Positions 12,240-25,642 of a DNA stretch of 64,000 nucleotides are shown one piece after another. Source of the DNA: Ginglymostoma cirratum (Eukaryota); NCBI GenBank assembly GCA_024137785.1, contig JAHRHZ010000139.1, positions 39,743,411 to 39,807,410 on the forward strand, read 5' to 3'. The position numbers were made by a program, and so were the translations under genes. The notes beneath the pieces are model-generated. The model made no database searches. It saw nothing but the letters and a program-made list of their open reading frames with translations, and was not told the DNA's origin. Every line of letters starts with the position of its first letter. Within the stretch, counting starts at the first letter, position 1.

Positions 12240-14878
12240 GTTATTCAAGGACAGTATAACGGTGGCTGAAAGAACTTTTGACGAGGACTCGTCTACTGAG
12301 GTGGTATGGGCTGAGGTCAGAAACAGGGGAGGAGAGGTCACACTGCTGGGAGTTTTTTATAGGCCTCCGCAAAGTTCCAGGGATGTGGAGGAGAGGATCG
12401 GCAAAATGATTCTGGGCAGGAGTGAAAGGAACAGGGTGGTCATTATGGGAGACTTTAACTTCCCCAACATTGACTGGCATTGCTATAACTCTAGTACGTC
12501 GGATGGATCAGTTTTTGTCCAATGTGTGCAGGAGGGTTTCCTGACACAGTATGTCGAAGGGGCAACAAGAGGGGAGGCCACACTGGATCTGGTACTTGGT
12601 AATGAACCAGGCCAGGTGTTTGATTTAGTGGTAGGTGAGCACTTTGGAGAGAGTGACTATAATTCGGTTACTGGATAGGAACATGCCATTGGGCAAGAGT
12701 TATAGGTGGGGGAAGGGCAATTATAATGCAATTAGTCAAGACTTAGGAGGGATAGAATGGGGTAGCAAAATGCAGGGGATGGGGACAATCGAAATGTGGA
12801 GCTGGTTTAAGGAACAGATATTGCGTGTCCTTGATAGGTATGTCCCTGTCAGGCAGGGAGGAAGTGATAAGGTAAGGGAACAGTGGTTTACAAAAGAAAT
12901 TGTATCTCTTGTTAAGCGGAAGAGGAAGGCTTATGTGACATTGAGACGAGATGGTTCAGATGAGGCGATTGGGAGTTACAGATTAGCTAGGAAGGATTTA
13001 AAGAGAGAGTTAAGAAGAGCAAGGAGGGGACATGAGCAGTCATTAGCAGGTAGAATATAGGAGAACCCTAAAGCTTTCTATAGGTATGTGAGGAATAAAA
13101 GGATGACTAGGGTAAGAATAGGGCCAGTCAAAGACAGAAGTGGGAAGTTGTGTGTGGACCCTGTGGAGATCGGAGAGGTGCTAAACGAATATTTCTCATC
13201 TGTTTTCACTCGGGAAAAGGAGAATATTGTAGAGGAGAAGACTGAGATATGGGCTATTAGACTTGAAGAGATTGAGGTTAGTCAGGAGGAGGTGTTATCA
13301 ATTCTAGAAGGTGTGAAGGTAGATAAATCCCCTGGGACGGATGGGATTTTTCCGAGGATTCTCTGGGAAGCTAGGGAGGAGATGGTGGAGCCTTTGGCCT
13401 GATCTTTGAGTTGTCATTGTCTACAGGTTTAGTACCAGAGGACTGGAGGATTGCAAATGTCGTGCCCTTGTTCAAGAAGGGCAGTAGAGATGACCCAGGT
13501 AATTATAGACCAGTGAGCCTTACATCTGTTGTAGGAAAAGTTTTGGAAAGGATTATAAGAGATAGGATTTATAATCATCTAGCAAGCAACAATTTGATTG
13601 GAGATAGTCAACATGGATTCGTCAAGGGCAGGTCGTGTCTCTCAAACCTTATTGAGTTTTTTGAGAAGGTGACCAAGCATGTGGATGAGGGTAGGGCAGT
13701 TGACGTGGTGTACATGGACTTCAGTAAAGCCTTTGATAAGGTTCCACACGGTAGGCTATTGGAGAAAATGCGGAAGCATGGGATTGAGGGAGATTTAGCA
13801 GTTTGGATTAGAAACTGGCTTTCTGAAAGAAGGCAACGAGTGGTGGTTGATGGAAAATATTCAGCCTGGAGTCCAGTTACTAGTGGTGTGCCACAAGGAT
13901 CTGTTTTGGGACCATTGCTGTTTGTCATTTTTATAAATAACTTGGACGCAGGCAGAGGTGGATGGATTAGTAAGTTTGCAGATGACACTAAAGTCGGTGG
14001 AGTGGTGGACAGTGTGGAAGAATGTTGCAGGTTGCAGGGAGACGTGGATAAGCTGGAGAATTGGGCTGAAAGGTGGCAAATGGAGTTCAATGCAGATAAA
14101 TGTGAGGTGATTCACTTTGGGAAGAATAATAGGAAGGCAGAATACTGGGCCAATGGAAAGATTCTTGGTAGTGTGGATGTGCAGAGGGATCTTGGTGTCC
14201 AGGTACATAGATCCCTGAAAGTTGCCACCCAGGTTGATAGTGCTGTTAAGAAGGCATACAGTGTGTTAGGTTTCATTGGTAGAGGGATTGAGTTCCGGAG
14301 CCGTAATGTCATGCTGCAACTGTACAAAACGCTAGTGCGGCCTCACTTGGAATATTGCATACAGTTCTGGTCGCCCCATTACAGGAAAGATGTGGAAGCA
14401 GTGGAAAAGGCACAGAGGAGATTTACCAGGATGTTGCCTGGTCTGGAGCGAAGGTCTTATGAGGAAAGGCTGAGGGACTTGGGTGTGTTTTCATTGGAGA
14501 GAAAGCGGCTAAGAGGGGATTTAATAGAGACATACAAGATGATCAGAGGATTAGATAGGGTGGACAGTGAGAGTCTTTTTCCTAGGATGATGACATCGGC
14601 TTGTACGAGGGGGCATAGCTGCAAATTGAGGGGTGATAGATTTAAGACAGATGTCAGAGGCAGGTTCTTTACTCAGAGAGTGGTAAGGGCATGGAATGCC
14701 CTGCCTGCCAATGTAGTTAACTCAGCCACATTAGGGGCATTTAAACAGTCCTTGGATAAGCATATGGATGATGATGGGATAGTGTAGGGGAATGGGCTTA
14801 GATTAGTTCACAGGTCAGCACAACATCGAGGGCCGAAGGGCCTGTTCTGCGCTGTATTGCTCTATGTTCTATGTTCTA
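12240..14878 (+). mobile_element. CR1 LINE, 5'-truncated ORF2 (AP endonuclease + RT), inactivated
   Basis: GVFYRPP, MGDFNFP, LDLVL (endonuclease); NYRPVSLTS, QHGF, DFSKAFD, GVPQGSVLGP, FADD (RT). Deletion/frameshift near 12670, nonsense TAG at 13058, frameshift near 13400, (CTATGTT)n tail. Confidence 0.97.
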
Positions 14879-17344
14879 AGTACCTGAGCCTTAGTGTGGG
14901 CATCATTGGCTGGGTTGAAATTCTCACACACTTTCTTTGCCACCTTGGTGTCTTGTGAAACAAGGGTTCAGGTCCAGTTGGCCCTTAGGGGTGCTCTTAG
15001 TTCGGTCTGTCCATGCCACCAAAGACTCCTGACAATAGTGTTCACAGGCTCCTGGCAAATGCAATTAGGTGCTGGAGCTGCTGTTCTGAACATTTGAGGG
15101 TTGCAGGGTTTCAAGTTTTATGGAAAAGGCAAGTCAGGGGAGGTCCCCATTCACTACTCAGGGTGGCATAACTATTCACTTCCTCATCTACATCCTCTCA
15201 GTCTCTGGTGCGGTACTTCCCCTGGGGCTCTCACAGTGTTGAAGGTGCATACTTTGTCCTTGTGTAGCAACAGTAATGATGTCAGTCTGTCAGTCCCGCT
15301 CTGTCACTTTGGGTGATCAGCAGAGTGAGCTTTAGTTTCTTTACCTACTCAGTACAGGAGCCTGATCACTGTTTGCAGATCTACCCATTGTTCTGCCAGG
15401 TCAGCCATGTTTCTTTGGGCAGCATCGTGATCCCTGAGTGCTTGTTGCTCCTGCTAGTAGACCTTCTCAAACTTGGCCTGAAACTGCCCTGTGCGTGGTA
15501 AGTCTGCTTGGCTGAAGTACTTCAGGAGCTTTAAATCCATTCTTCCCCCAGTTTTAACCTCGTGTTCTCTCACGTCTCATTAAGTTTTAGGATCTCTGTC
15601 TCTCTCTGTCCCTCAACTTCTTCTCTATTACTTTTTGGTGGGTCCGATTTACTGGAGTATCCTTTCCAACGCTTCTCACTGGGACCACCCAGGGACTCCA
15701 ATGTTGTAAAGTGAAAGAAAAGGAGTAAATGTACCCTGACTAACCTTGACTCGTCATCGGTTTAGGCTACCCCTCTCATTCTGGGCTGTTTCTGGGCTGA
15801 ATCTGTGCTCCAATGGAGAGAGATCTGTTAAGCCACTGGAGAACAGGAGGGTCTGTTCACCCACTGGAGGGGGATCGGCTCACCCTCTGGAGGGGGATCT
15901 GCTTGCACTGGTGAAGCCCTTGAAGGGGTTAGTGCATCCACTGGTGCTGCCTGCAATGCTGCAGGAGTCCGAATAGTCTCTGGTCTCTTTGCAACCTTTC
16001 AGTGTGTAGTCATTCCACTATTACAAACTAACATTTTAAAAAGTAATCTTTTTATTCTTTCTCCTTCTCACTACTTACCATGTATCTCTCTAGAAGGTGT
16101 TCAATGTGCGCACAATTGCCTTTTCCTCATTCTGGGGCAACGGCTCAACTCTACGAATATTGGTCTATGAACTAGGACATGCCATGTGGAAAATAAATGC
16201 TGTGAACCCCTATCTGACCTCACCAGGGTGACATATGTTGGTAACCTGACAGTGTAATTCTCCTGTGAGTGACCAGCCAGTTTTCAATTGAGAGTCCCTC
16301 TCTTTGCAATCGTCTGAATCTGACTCCCCACAAATAATGTGGTGTACGTATATGGAGGTTACTGATAGAAATGAATGGAACTGTGATCCAAGGCAATCTA
16401 TGATCCATAAATATTGATGCCTGCCGCATCAGGTTGGTGGTAATAAATAGGAATGTGCAGCAATGTAAATGAATAGGGCTCTTAACAGCTGTGCATTAAA
16501 TACCTCTGAAATAATCGAGTCACAAGCAGAGAAAGCAGCTTTCCTTCACAAATCACATCTACTAATTTCCAGCAACACTTATGTTCCACTCTTAATACCA
16601 CTTTGTTAAAATATTAATGCAAACCATGCAATTAATTTTGGGTTTTAGTGCTGGTAATTGTGGTCTCTGTTTATTGCAATGGTATGGAATACTATATAGT
16701 AGTATAATGGTTGCCATGGTGATAGGTGGGTTGCACACAGATGCCAACACCATGCGGGTGCTCGATTGCTAAGTTGTGCGCTTGGCAGCATAAGGGTGCT
16801 TTTTTGGGCTACTGATGTCACAGGAAGCCGTTATTCGGTGCGCATCACTATGGTTACAGTTGGCACTCACTGCCCCCGAGTACTGCATTAAAGTCGTGCA
16901 AATGTTTTCCAAATGCCAGCAGCTCGTGGGCAGCTCCATTTGCATTATCATTTCTTATGCATTGTGTCCAACTCATCGCATATTTTATATATCTGTGAAA
17001 TTATAGCTATTTATCACGTGGTATTTTCAGTTGAAGTGAAAGGGTTTGCAATTGTAAGTGGTATCAATTCTGTGATTCTGTGATCTATAGAAAAGACCTG
17101 AAAAGTCAACACTGATAACAGGGAAATACTTACAAATGAATCACCTCAGTCACCCCAACAATCCATGGTAATAGTTTGTCAGTGAAGAGGGCAGCGGGGC
17201 ATATAATAGCGGGGAAGAGAGACTTGGAGGTTAATTTTATCACCATTGTATCTAATGCGGACACAACTATGGGAGACTTCGCTCTTATGCAATTCATAAA
17301 TAGCTATAAACTAATTGTTCTGCACTGGCTGTCTAAATGAGCAT

Positions 17345-18162
17345 CATGACTTAGTACCATTCACCTATCTTTTCCCTATACCCCTGCACATTGTTTCGAT
17401 TCAAATAATCATCCAATACCCTTTTGAATACCTCAATTGAACCTGCCTCCACCATACTTCCAGGCAGTACACTTCAGACCCAAATTTCTTTTGCATATCA
17501 TTTTAAATCTGTGCAAGAACAGATTTAAAAGAACAAGGTTGTTCTTTCAATTCTTGTTCTTGATTCTTTTACAATTCTCCCTAGCCCCATCATGATTTTG
17601 AAAATCTGTCAGATTTCATCCCAGCCTTCTTCTCTCCAAGGAGCACAACCCCAAACGTCTCCAATCAATCCTCATAACTAAAATTTCTCATTCCTGGAAC
17701 CATTCTTGTAAATCTCTATTGCATTCTTTCCAATGCTTTCACATCCTTTCCATTGTGTGGAGCCCAGAATGTTACACAATACTGCAGCTAAGATCTATTA
17801 ATTGTCTTTTTCTACAAGTTCATTATCACCTCATCGCTGTTGTACTCCATGCCCTATTAATAAAGCTGAGGACATTGTATGTTTTATTAACTGCTCCCTC
17901 CGCTTGTCCTGCCACCTTCAATAATCTGTGCACATATACATACAGGCCCCTCTGCTCCTGCGCTCCCTCTAGAATTTTACCCCCTGTCTTTCAATGTTCT
18001 TCCTACCAAATGCACATCTTCACACTTTGCTGCATCAAACTTCATCTGCTGCCTATCTGCCCATTCCAACTCATCAATGTCCTTTTGTAGTTCCACACTG
18101 TTCTCCTCACAGTTTACAATTCTTGCAAGTTTTACATTAGCCACAAACTTCGAAATTGTCCA
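17345..18162 (-). mobile_element. Decayed CR1 LINE fragment
   Basis: Reverse complement follows the CR1 RT-to-3' order with many lesions. Confidence 0.8.
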
Positions 18163-19842
18163 TTAAGGGCAAAAGACCAACTAGGGAGAGATAGGGCTCC
18201 TTAAAGGTCAATGAGGTTGCCTAGGTGTGGAAGCTCAGCTATTGGGAGATATACCAAACAAATATTTCACATCAGTTTTTACAGTGCAGAAAGAAATGGA
18301 GGCTAGGGAACTCAGGGAAATAAATATTAATGCCTTGAGAACAGTGCACATTACAGAAGAGGAGGCGCTGGAGGTCCTTAAAAAATATAAAGACAGATAA
18401 AACTCCAGACTTGATCAAGTGTATGCCAGGGTGTTCTGGGAAGTTTGGGAAGAAATTGCTGGGCCCCTAGCAGAAATATTTGTATCATCTACAGCCATGG
18501 GTCAGGTGCTGGAGGACTGGAGGGTGACTAATGTTTATTTAAAGAAAGGCTGTAAGGAGAAGCCTGGGACTATAGACCAGTGAGTCTGACATTGGTGATT
18601 GGTAAATTGCTGGAGAAGATTCTGAGAGATAGAATTTACACGCACTTGGAGAAGCAAGGAATGATTTGGAATAGTCAGCATGGCTTTGTGTGTGGGAAAT
18701 TGTGTCTCAAAAACATGACTGTTTTTTGAGGACATAGTCAAAAAGATTGATGAGGGCAGAGCAATACGCATTGTCTACATGGACTTTAGTAAAGCTTTTG
18801 ACAAGATTCCGCATGGTAGACTAATTCGTTAAGTTAGATCAAATGGGATACAGGGTGAGCTTGCTAATTGCATACAAATTTGTTTTGATGGTAGGAGACA
18901 GAGCATGCTGGCCGAGGATTGATCGTATATTGACAGTGAAGAAGGTTATTTAAGATTACAAAGGGATCTTGATCAATTGGGCCAATGAACTGAGGAGTGG
19001 CAGATGGAATTTAATTTGGATAAATGTGAAGTATTGCATTTTGGTAAAACAAATAAAGGCAGGACTTTGCCATAACACAGTATGGAGCTGGAGGAACACA
19101 GCAGGCCAGGCAGCATCAGAGGACTTAAAAAGCAGGGCCCTGGGTAGTGTTGTCAAACAGAGAAACCCCAAGATTCAGCTACATAATTCTTTGAAATTTG
19201 CCTCATAGGTAAACAGGGTGATTAAGAAGGCATTTAGCGTGCTTGCCTTCGTTGCTCAGACCTTTGAGTATAGGACTAGGGACGTCATGTTGAGGTTGTA
19301 CAGGATGCTGGTGAGGCCAGATTTGGCGTGTACAGATCTGGTTGCCGTGCTATGGGAAGGATATTATTAAATTGGAGACAGTTCAGAAAAGACTTACCAG
19401 AATGTTAGTGGGATTGGAGGGTTTGAGTTATAAGGATAGGCTGGGACTATTTTCCACTGGAGCATAGGAGGTTGGGGGGTGACATTATAGAGGTTTATAA
19501 AATCATGAGGGACATACATAAGGTGAATAGCAAAGTGTCAGGGAGTTCAAAACTAGGAGGCATATTTTTAAGATGAGAGGAGAAAGATTTAATAGCAGCG
19601 TGGGGGCAACTTTTTTTACACAGAATGTGGCTCGTATATGGAATGACTGCAAGAGGACGAAATAGATGCAGGTGCAGTAACAACATTTAAGAGACATTTG
19701 GACAGGTACGTGAATAGGAAAGGTTTAGAGGGATATGGGCCAAACACAGGCAAGTGGGACTAGTTTAGTTTGGAAAACTTGGTCTGCATGGACGAGTTGG
19801 ACTGAAGGGTCTGTTTCCATGCTGTACGATTCTATGACTCTC
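18163..19842 (+). mobile_element. Decayed CR1 LINE with internal deletion (~18920) and a PLE-tail insert
   Basis: DWRV, YRPVSLT, QHGF, MDFSKAFDK motifs and CR1 3' UTR ending (ctatgact)n. Confidence 0.92.
19071..19122 (-). mobile_element. ~50-bp PLE family A tail fragment inside CR1
   Basis: Reverse complement ctctgatgctgcctggcctgctgtgttcctccagctccatactgtgttatg matches the tail at 39074-39123. Confidence 0.8.
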
Positions 19843-20471
19843 TGACTTTGTAACCTCTGCACACCAAGGTCCGGACCATAAATATATGTCAGGAAAAGCA
19901 AAAGCCCTGTTAGATCCTATAGTTTTCAATGTGAGTCTCAGACCAGTGGTCGGTTCAGGCAACCGTTATTGGGATACACACATCAGTTACAGCTTCAGAC
20001 CTTTATAGCAAAAAAGCACGCAGAAAATTTCTAAGTAGCTTTGTTTATACAGCTCAAGCTCATATCGCACCCCCCCACTCCCCGCATGCTATTGGTCAGT
20101 AGGGCTGAGTCATCCAACTCTGATTGAACCTTTGGTACAGCATTTTGTGTCAGCAATTTGCCTCAGCAATTTACTAGCTATCCCGTCCTGATTGGACCGT
20201 TTTGTCCGTACACAGTTTCACTGTTGATAATAACCTTCCATCCTTAACCCAAAGGAAATACTGCTGTATTCAGCAATTTTAATGTATTTCCTATCACCAC
20301 CTTTAACACTTACAAACCAATCACATTTATTTATTAAGCTAATCACAATCACTGCATGGCTACAGATGGACAGGTTTGTGGTCAACCCCCAGTCCTTCAT
20401 GGTTTCATGATGTTTCCTAAACTCTCTTATCTCCCTTCTTAGGGCTTTTTACAATGGATACTGCATTCAAC

Positions 20472-20570
20472 CCATTTCTGATGAAGGGTCTAGGCCTGAA
20501 ATGTCAAGTTTTCCTGCTCCTATGATGCTGCTTGGCCTGCTGTGTTCATCCAGCCCCACACCTTGTTATC
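20472..20570 (+). mobile_element. 99-bp PLE family A mini-element with hammerhead core (20478-20505) and 12-bp TSD
   Basis: CTGATGAagggtctaggcctGAAAtGTC plus tail; ACTGCATTCAAC at 20460-20471 and 20571-20582. Confidence 0.88.
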
Positions 20571-21459
20571 ACTGCATTCAACTTTATTCCTTTTCAAGCA
20601 TTTGCCAGCTGAACCATGTCAAATACCAATTAATTGGATACTTGCCTATCACTTAAGGACCTTTTAAATTCATTTCTCCCTGTCGTGACATGGAGACTGC
20701 TTTTACTGTCTGAGGCTGGTTTGCTCTCGTAATTTTATTTGAATCTTTTCCTCTAATGCTTTTAATGTTTATTTTTGTATATAGGTGAATCTATAACTAC
20801 TTCAGAATCTCTATCTATGAATATTTGAAGGATCTTAACTAAAACCTACTATTGATATTGAAATAATTCGAGAGATTCATTAACAAAATGTAGCATGAAA
20901 TGTTCTTGTCTATATCTTATATGTAAATACCTGCAGCTGTATATTCTATCTCAGTTCTGTTCCCTTGATTCTAGAGAGCTACTATTGTTCTACTTGTGAA
21001 GACTACATTAAGCAAATATTTTCCCAAGCTCTCTAACTACTGTCGGCCATGTTCTGCTGCATTAGCCATGGGCAGCCATCGGCCATTTTGTGTTGTTCAG
21101 TCATAGGCAGCCCTAATAAGACCCAATACTAACCTCTGGAAACCTTCCACCAGCCCGAAATATATCCTTTTGCTGTTGCTGTCTGTTTCCTATCACTCAG
21201 CCAATTTCTATCTGCTGTGTCATCCTGGGAATTCTGCATTTGTTTGTCCTACCTTCCCGTTTTCAGGGAATATCCCTTGATAATACCTGAATCATCTCCT
21301 CTTTGAAAGTAGCCGACTGGTTATAAAAACATACACCCAGAGTGCCATATTCACTGTCGTACTGCAGTCAGGTACAGAGCAACAATGGTCTGAGTCCTCC
21401 AAGCATAGCAATGATTGTGGGATTGCCATTGCATTTGTAAATTCCCTTCACCACATGTA

Positions 21460-23042
21460 TTCCCTCTGAGATTTTCTGGGAGAACTGCTGCATGCACGAT
21501 GCAACTCTGTTGGAATGGAATATAATTGGAGGGAAGATGGGACATTCCATAGTTGGGTGATTGGTGTAGGTTAATCAGGTAGGGATGGGTTGGGTCAGAA
21601 TAGTAAGGGGTGGTCAGGTAGTCAGAGGCGTGGTCAGATAGTTAGGAACTCCTCCTCCTGGAGGACTGATAGAGGAGGCCAAGGTACAAAAACCTGGCAG
21701 ACTGGTCTGAGATACCACACCACCGATTGCAGTCTGGTGAATTATCCAGCCATGTAGAAAGAGGTCCTTCAATCTGCCAGGCTAAAGCTTACCATTTTCT
21801 CACTGCTTCATCATATTCACTCTGTCTCTTCTACTTACCTCCCACCACACCCTACTGCTCTCACTATTGCCTGCAACATCTTCCCTCAATCACTCTCACC
21901 CACTCAATGCCTAATCCTGCATGTCCTCTGTGTCACCTACCCATTCATTTGGGACACTTCAGCACCCTTCTCCCATGTGCACTAGTTTCACCATCCAGTT
22001 TCATCTCAATTATTCTCTCCCTTTCCTTGTTTCCAGGAGAGGACAGCCCAGGATCGGGCTGAAAATGCTCAGACGGGCGTCTGACATTTGGTCCTCATCC
22101 ATGATGAGGAAAGGATCCTGAACAGCCTGACTGGCTGAATGATTGTGCCAAAGTCCCTGGATCGATCTCATAGGCTGCCCTTGACATACTGCACTAGGGC
22201 CCCTGCCTGCATATCTTTGACAAAATACTCTGGTCTAATCCCCTTAGACTTTGAGACATGACCATTTGGTTGAAGCCCATGCAGTGTGTTTGCCACATAA
22301 TCTGCTGGCACTTGGTGTAGGTGGGTGGTTGGCATGACATGGTACCTACAACAACCTGTCCACCCTATTGATTGATCTCTGACAACAATCGGGACTAGTT
22401 TCCTGTCTTTACTAAAAGGCAAATTAAAATGGAAGTACTCTGAGGCTTTAAGGCCTGGCTGAGGGGGCAAAGGCAAGAGGTGCTGTGAACTCTAAGAAAG
22501 CAGTGAGCAGCCCTGAGTTGCAGCCAAGTCCAATCCATGACCCTGGTATCTGTCCCTGACTCAAATTGTCCTTGCAGCAGCTTTCAAATGACAGTGGCTG
22601 GTGTGCTTAATGTACAAGTTTACCATAGGTGGGTTAGTGATAAACTGTAATGATGCAGAGAGACTGGCAGGCGTCAGATGCTGACATTCCTGCTCTGAGA
22701 TGTTGGTGCTTGATACCATTGAAGGAACTTCGGATCACCAAATGGCAAGCTAAAGGCACTCAATAACCTGCTGTGACCTTCCTGATGGGAAACTTCAGCA
22801 TCTGGTTTCTGTCGGACAGGTAGCGGGATAGGACACATTAATGAAATGAGATTAAGTAATAATGAGCATTAAAGACCTCTTGCCATTCAGTAGTGAGAAT
22901 TTTATCTTGATGTCTAGCACTTAGTTGGAAAATGCAGCTTGTTGCTCTTGCCAATGAGAAAGGCTTTATTTGCCCTTTCACTTGGTTCCACCAAATTTCC
23001 CACCATAGCCCATGACATTCAAGGCTTGGGAAAATTTAATCC
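21460..23042 (+). mobile_element. Decayed Harbinger-derived element (Myb/SANT-like gene remnant)
   Basis: Acceptor ttccttgtttccag| at 22036 followed by ERTAQDRAENAQTG, homologous to the exon at 56672 on the minus strand. Boundaries approximate. Confidence 0.55.
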
Positions 23043-23990
23043 TTTGTATCTTCTGCTGTGAAGACAGACACAAAGTACTTATTTAGTTTCTCTTCTATTT
23101 CTCTATTTCCTATTGTAAACTATCCTGATGATTTGATGACAGACCCACATTTGTCGTTGCTAATCTTTTCTTTTCATGTATCGAGAGAAGCTTTTACAGT
23201 TTTCATGTTTCTTGCTATTTTCAATCTTCCTTCATCAATTTCTTTGACCTTCTTTGCTGAATTCTAAACATTTCCCAATGCTCGGACTTACTTCTTTTTG
23301 GGGCAACTTTGGTATCCTCCTCCTGCGATTTAATACTATCTTTAACTTCCCTTGTTAACCATGGCTCTCTTGCTATTCCTGTTATATATCTTTGCCTCAT
23401 AAAAATGCCTGTTTAATGAAGATCAAGCATTAATCCTTTAAATATTAGCTATTGCTTAATACCAATAAACCTTTTCTTGTACGTATCCAAACCACTACAG
23501 CCAACTACATCATCATGAGTAGCACAGTGGCTCAGTGGTTAGCACTGCTGCCTCACAGTGCCAGGCGCCTGGGTTTGATTCCACCTTTGGGTGATGGTCT
23601 GTGTGGAGTTTGTATTCTCCCCATGTCAGCGTGGGTTTCCTCCCACAGTCCAAAGATGTGCGGGTTAGGTGGATTGGCCATGCTAAATTGCCCATAGTGT
23701 TCAGGGGTGTGTAGATTAGGTGGGTTATGAGGAATGAGTCTGGGTGGGGTGCTCTGAGGGGTGGCTTGGGCTGAAGGGCCTGTTTCCACACTGTAGGGAT
23801 TCTGTCACGCCTTCATTATTGCCCTAGTTTAGATTTAAGGCCCTGATTTCAGGGAATTACACATTTTTCAATCTCAGTAGAAAATTCTATCATATCATGG
23901 TCACTACTCTGTAAAGATTCTTTACAGAATGATTATTAATTAGCCATTTCTCAATGTATGAAGTAGCTAAATATTTAATAGCTAAAAATC
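23043..23990 (-). mobile_element. Decayed CR1 internal fragment split by a SINE
   Basis: Reverse complement resembles the CR1 endonuclease-RT linker (ELNKYFVSVFTAED). Confidence 0.7.
23520..23804 (+). mobile_element. HE1-like tRNA-derived V-SINE
   Basis: A-box tggctcagtggtt, B-box-like gtttgattcc, V-domain ctgtgtggagtttg..ttctcccc..gtgggtttcc, and CR1-type tail. Confidence 0.9.
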
Positions 23991-24309
23991 TAAAATGGCC
24001 TATACCCTAGATGGCTCCTTGACATATTGCTCAAAAAGCTACCTTGAATACATTGGCACAGAATCGGTGCTCATTAGATTTATCCCTGGTGGCTCTCCTG
24101 ACAATGTAGAACTGCCGGTGTCTGATTGGACTGCCTCTCTTAGGGGTCACGTGGTCTCTGGGACCTTATCTCATAGCGGTCTGACACTGCCCAATGAACT
24201 GCCCGATGGACACTTAATTGCTTTGGGTCTCCTCCACAGAAGTGATGTGGTGTTCCTGTCAGTTATCCAACCTGTGGAAGGGGCCCATAATGCTAAAATG
24301 CAGCATCAA

Positions 24310-25622
24310 AGTTAGCAGTTGAAGAAGCGAGGGTTAATTAGAAATGACGAGCATGTCTTTCATAAAGACCAATTTTTTCTGAAAAACCTGACTGAGTTAT
24401 TTGTTGACAGAGGAGATTGGTGAAGGTAGTTTAGTAGATGTGCACATAAGGTCATTCTAACAAAATTTGATTGGCTCACATGGGAATACAGAAACACCAA
24501 ATAATAAAGGGGTGGTATTAACTTGGATACTCAAGAGGCTAAGGGATAGGGAATAGAGTGAGGAGTGTTGGTGAACAGATCTTTTTCTGATTTCCCCAGG
24601 CATCAGTTTTTCTAGTTTTGGTGACAACATAATAATAACAATCAGGACAATTCATGAGTAAATGGACAGAGTGGCAAAATGAGTGGAAATGTGATGGATG
24701 CAATTGAATGTGTGCAATTGTGAAATTTCGGGAGGAAGATTGATAGGGTAACAAAGAATTATGTTCAACATTTGCAAACCTATTCAGGCCTCGGTTGGAG
24801 TATTGTGTACAGTTCTGGATACCACACATTAGGAGGTCTGTCAATCTGTTGAGGGCACAAGGGAAGTTTACCAAGATGTTATCAAAAATGAGGGAGCAAA
24901 ATTTTAAGGTGAGAATGAGGAGGGGTTGATCTTTAAGTAGATTAAACAATCACAGAATTTGTACTGTGTGAAAGCAGGCCGTTTGGCCCATTGAGTCCAC
25001 ACCAACCCTCCAAAGAGTGTCCCAACCCCTATCCCTGTAACCCTACATTTCCCATGGTTAACCCACCTAGCCTACACATTCCTGGACACTACAGAGAATT
25101 TAGAATGACCAATCCACCTAAGCTGCACATCTTTGGTCTGGGGGGAGGAAACCAGAACACCCAGCAGACATCCACACAGTCACGGGAATAATGTGCTAAC
25201 TCCACACAGGCAGTCACCCAAAAGTGGAATCGAACCTGGGTCCCTGGTGCTGTGAGGTAGCAGTGCTAGCCACTGAGCCACTGTGCCACCCTAATAGTGA
25301 CTTTCAAAATTATATTGGTTGATAGAACAAGTAGAGAGAAGCTATTTCTTCTGGCAAATGGGTTAGTCAACAAAAATCATCGATTTAAAATAATTGGAAA
25401 AAGAACTAGAGGAGAAAATTCTTCATAGAGGAGTTTATTAAGATCTGGGATTTACTGGCTGAATGTGCGGTAGAATCGCATAACATGGGAGTTTGAGTAG
25501 GCAAAGAGCTAGGCCGAAGCAAAAAAGCTGAGAAACTGGAGTGTAGAATTTAATCGCTTAGCTGTTTTAAAGAACTGGCACAGACAGATGGGTCAAGTGA
25601 ACTTCTATTATCTACGATTCTA
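24310..25622 (+). mobile_element. Old CR1 fragment interrupted by an HE1-like SINE
   Basis: RPRLEYCVQFW at ~24786; continues after 25295 into the 3' tail. Confidence 0.75.
24950..25292 (-). mobile_element. HE1-like V-SINE
   Basis: Reverse complement of the 23520/45764 family; tRNA head at 25292. Confidence 0.9.
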
Positions 25623-25642
25623 GGACTGTATCAGTGAAGTGT

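Noticed and set aside
13411-14787. 458-aa RT ORF as a host gene or active element
   Set aside because: Part of a 5'-truncated CR1 with an upstream deletion, stop and frameshift.
23520-23590. tRNA genes at SINE heads (also 45764, 50310, 43496)
   Set aside because: A/B boxes continue into SINE bodies and LINE-type tails; no complete cloverleaf seen.
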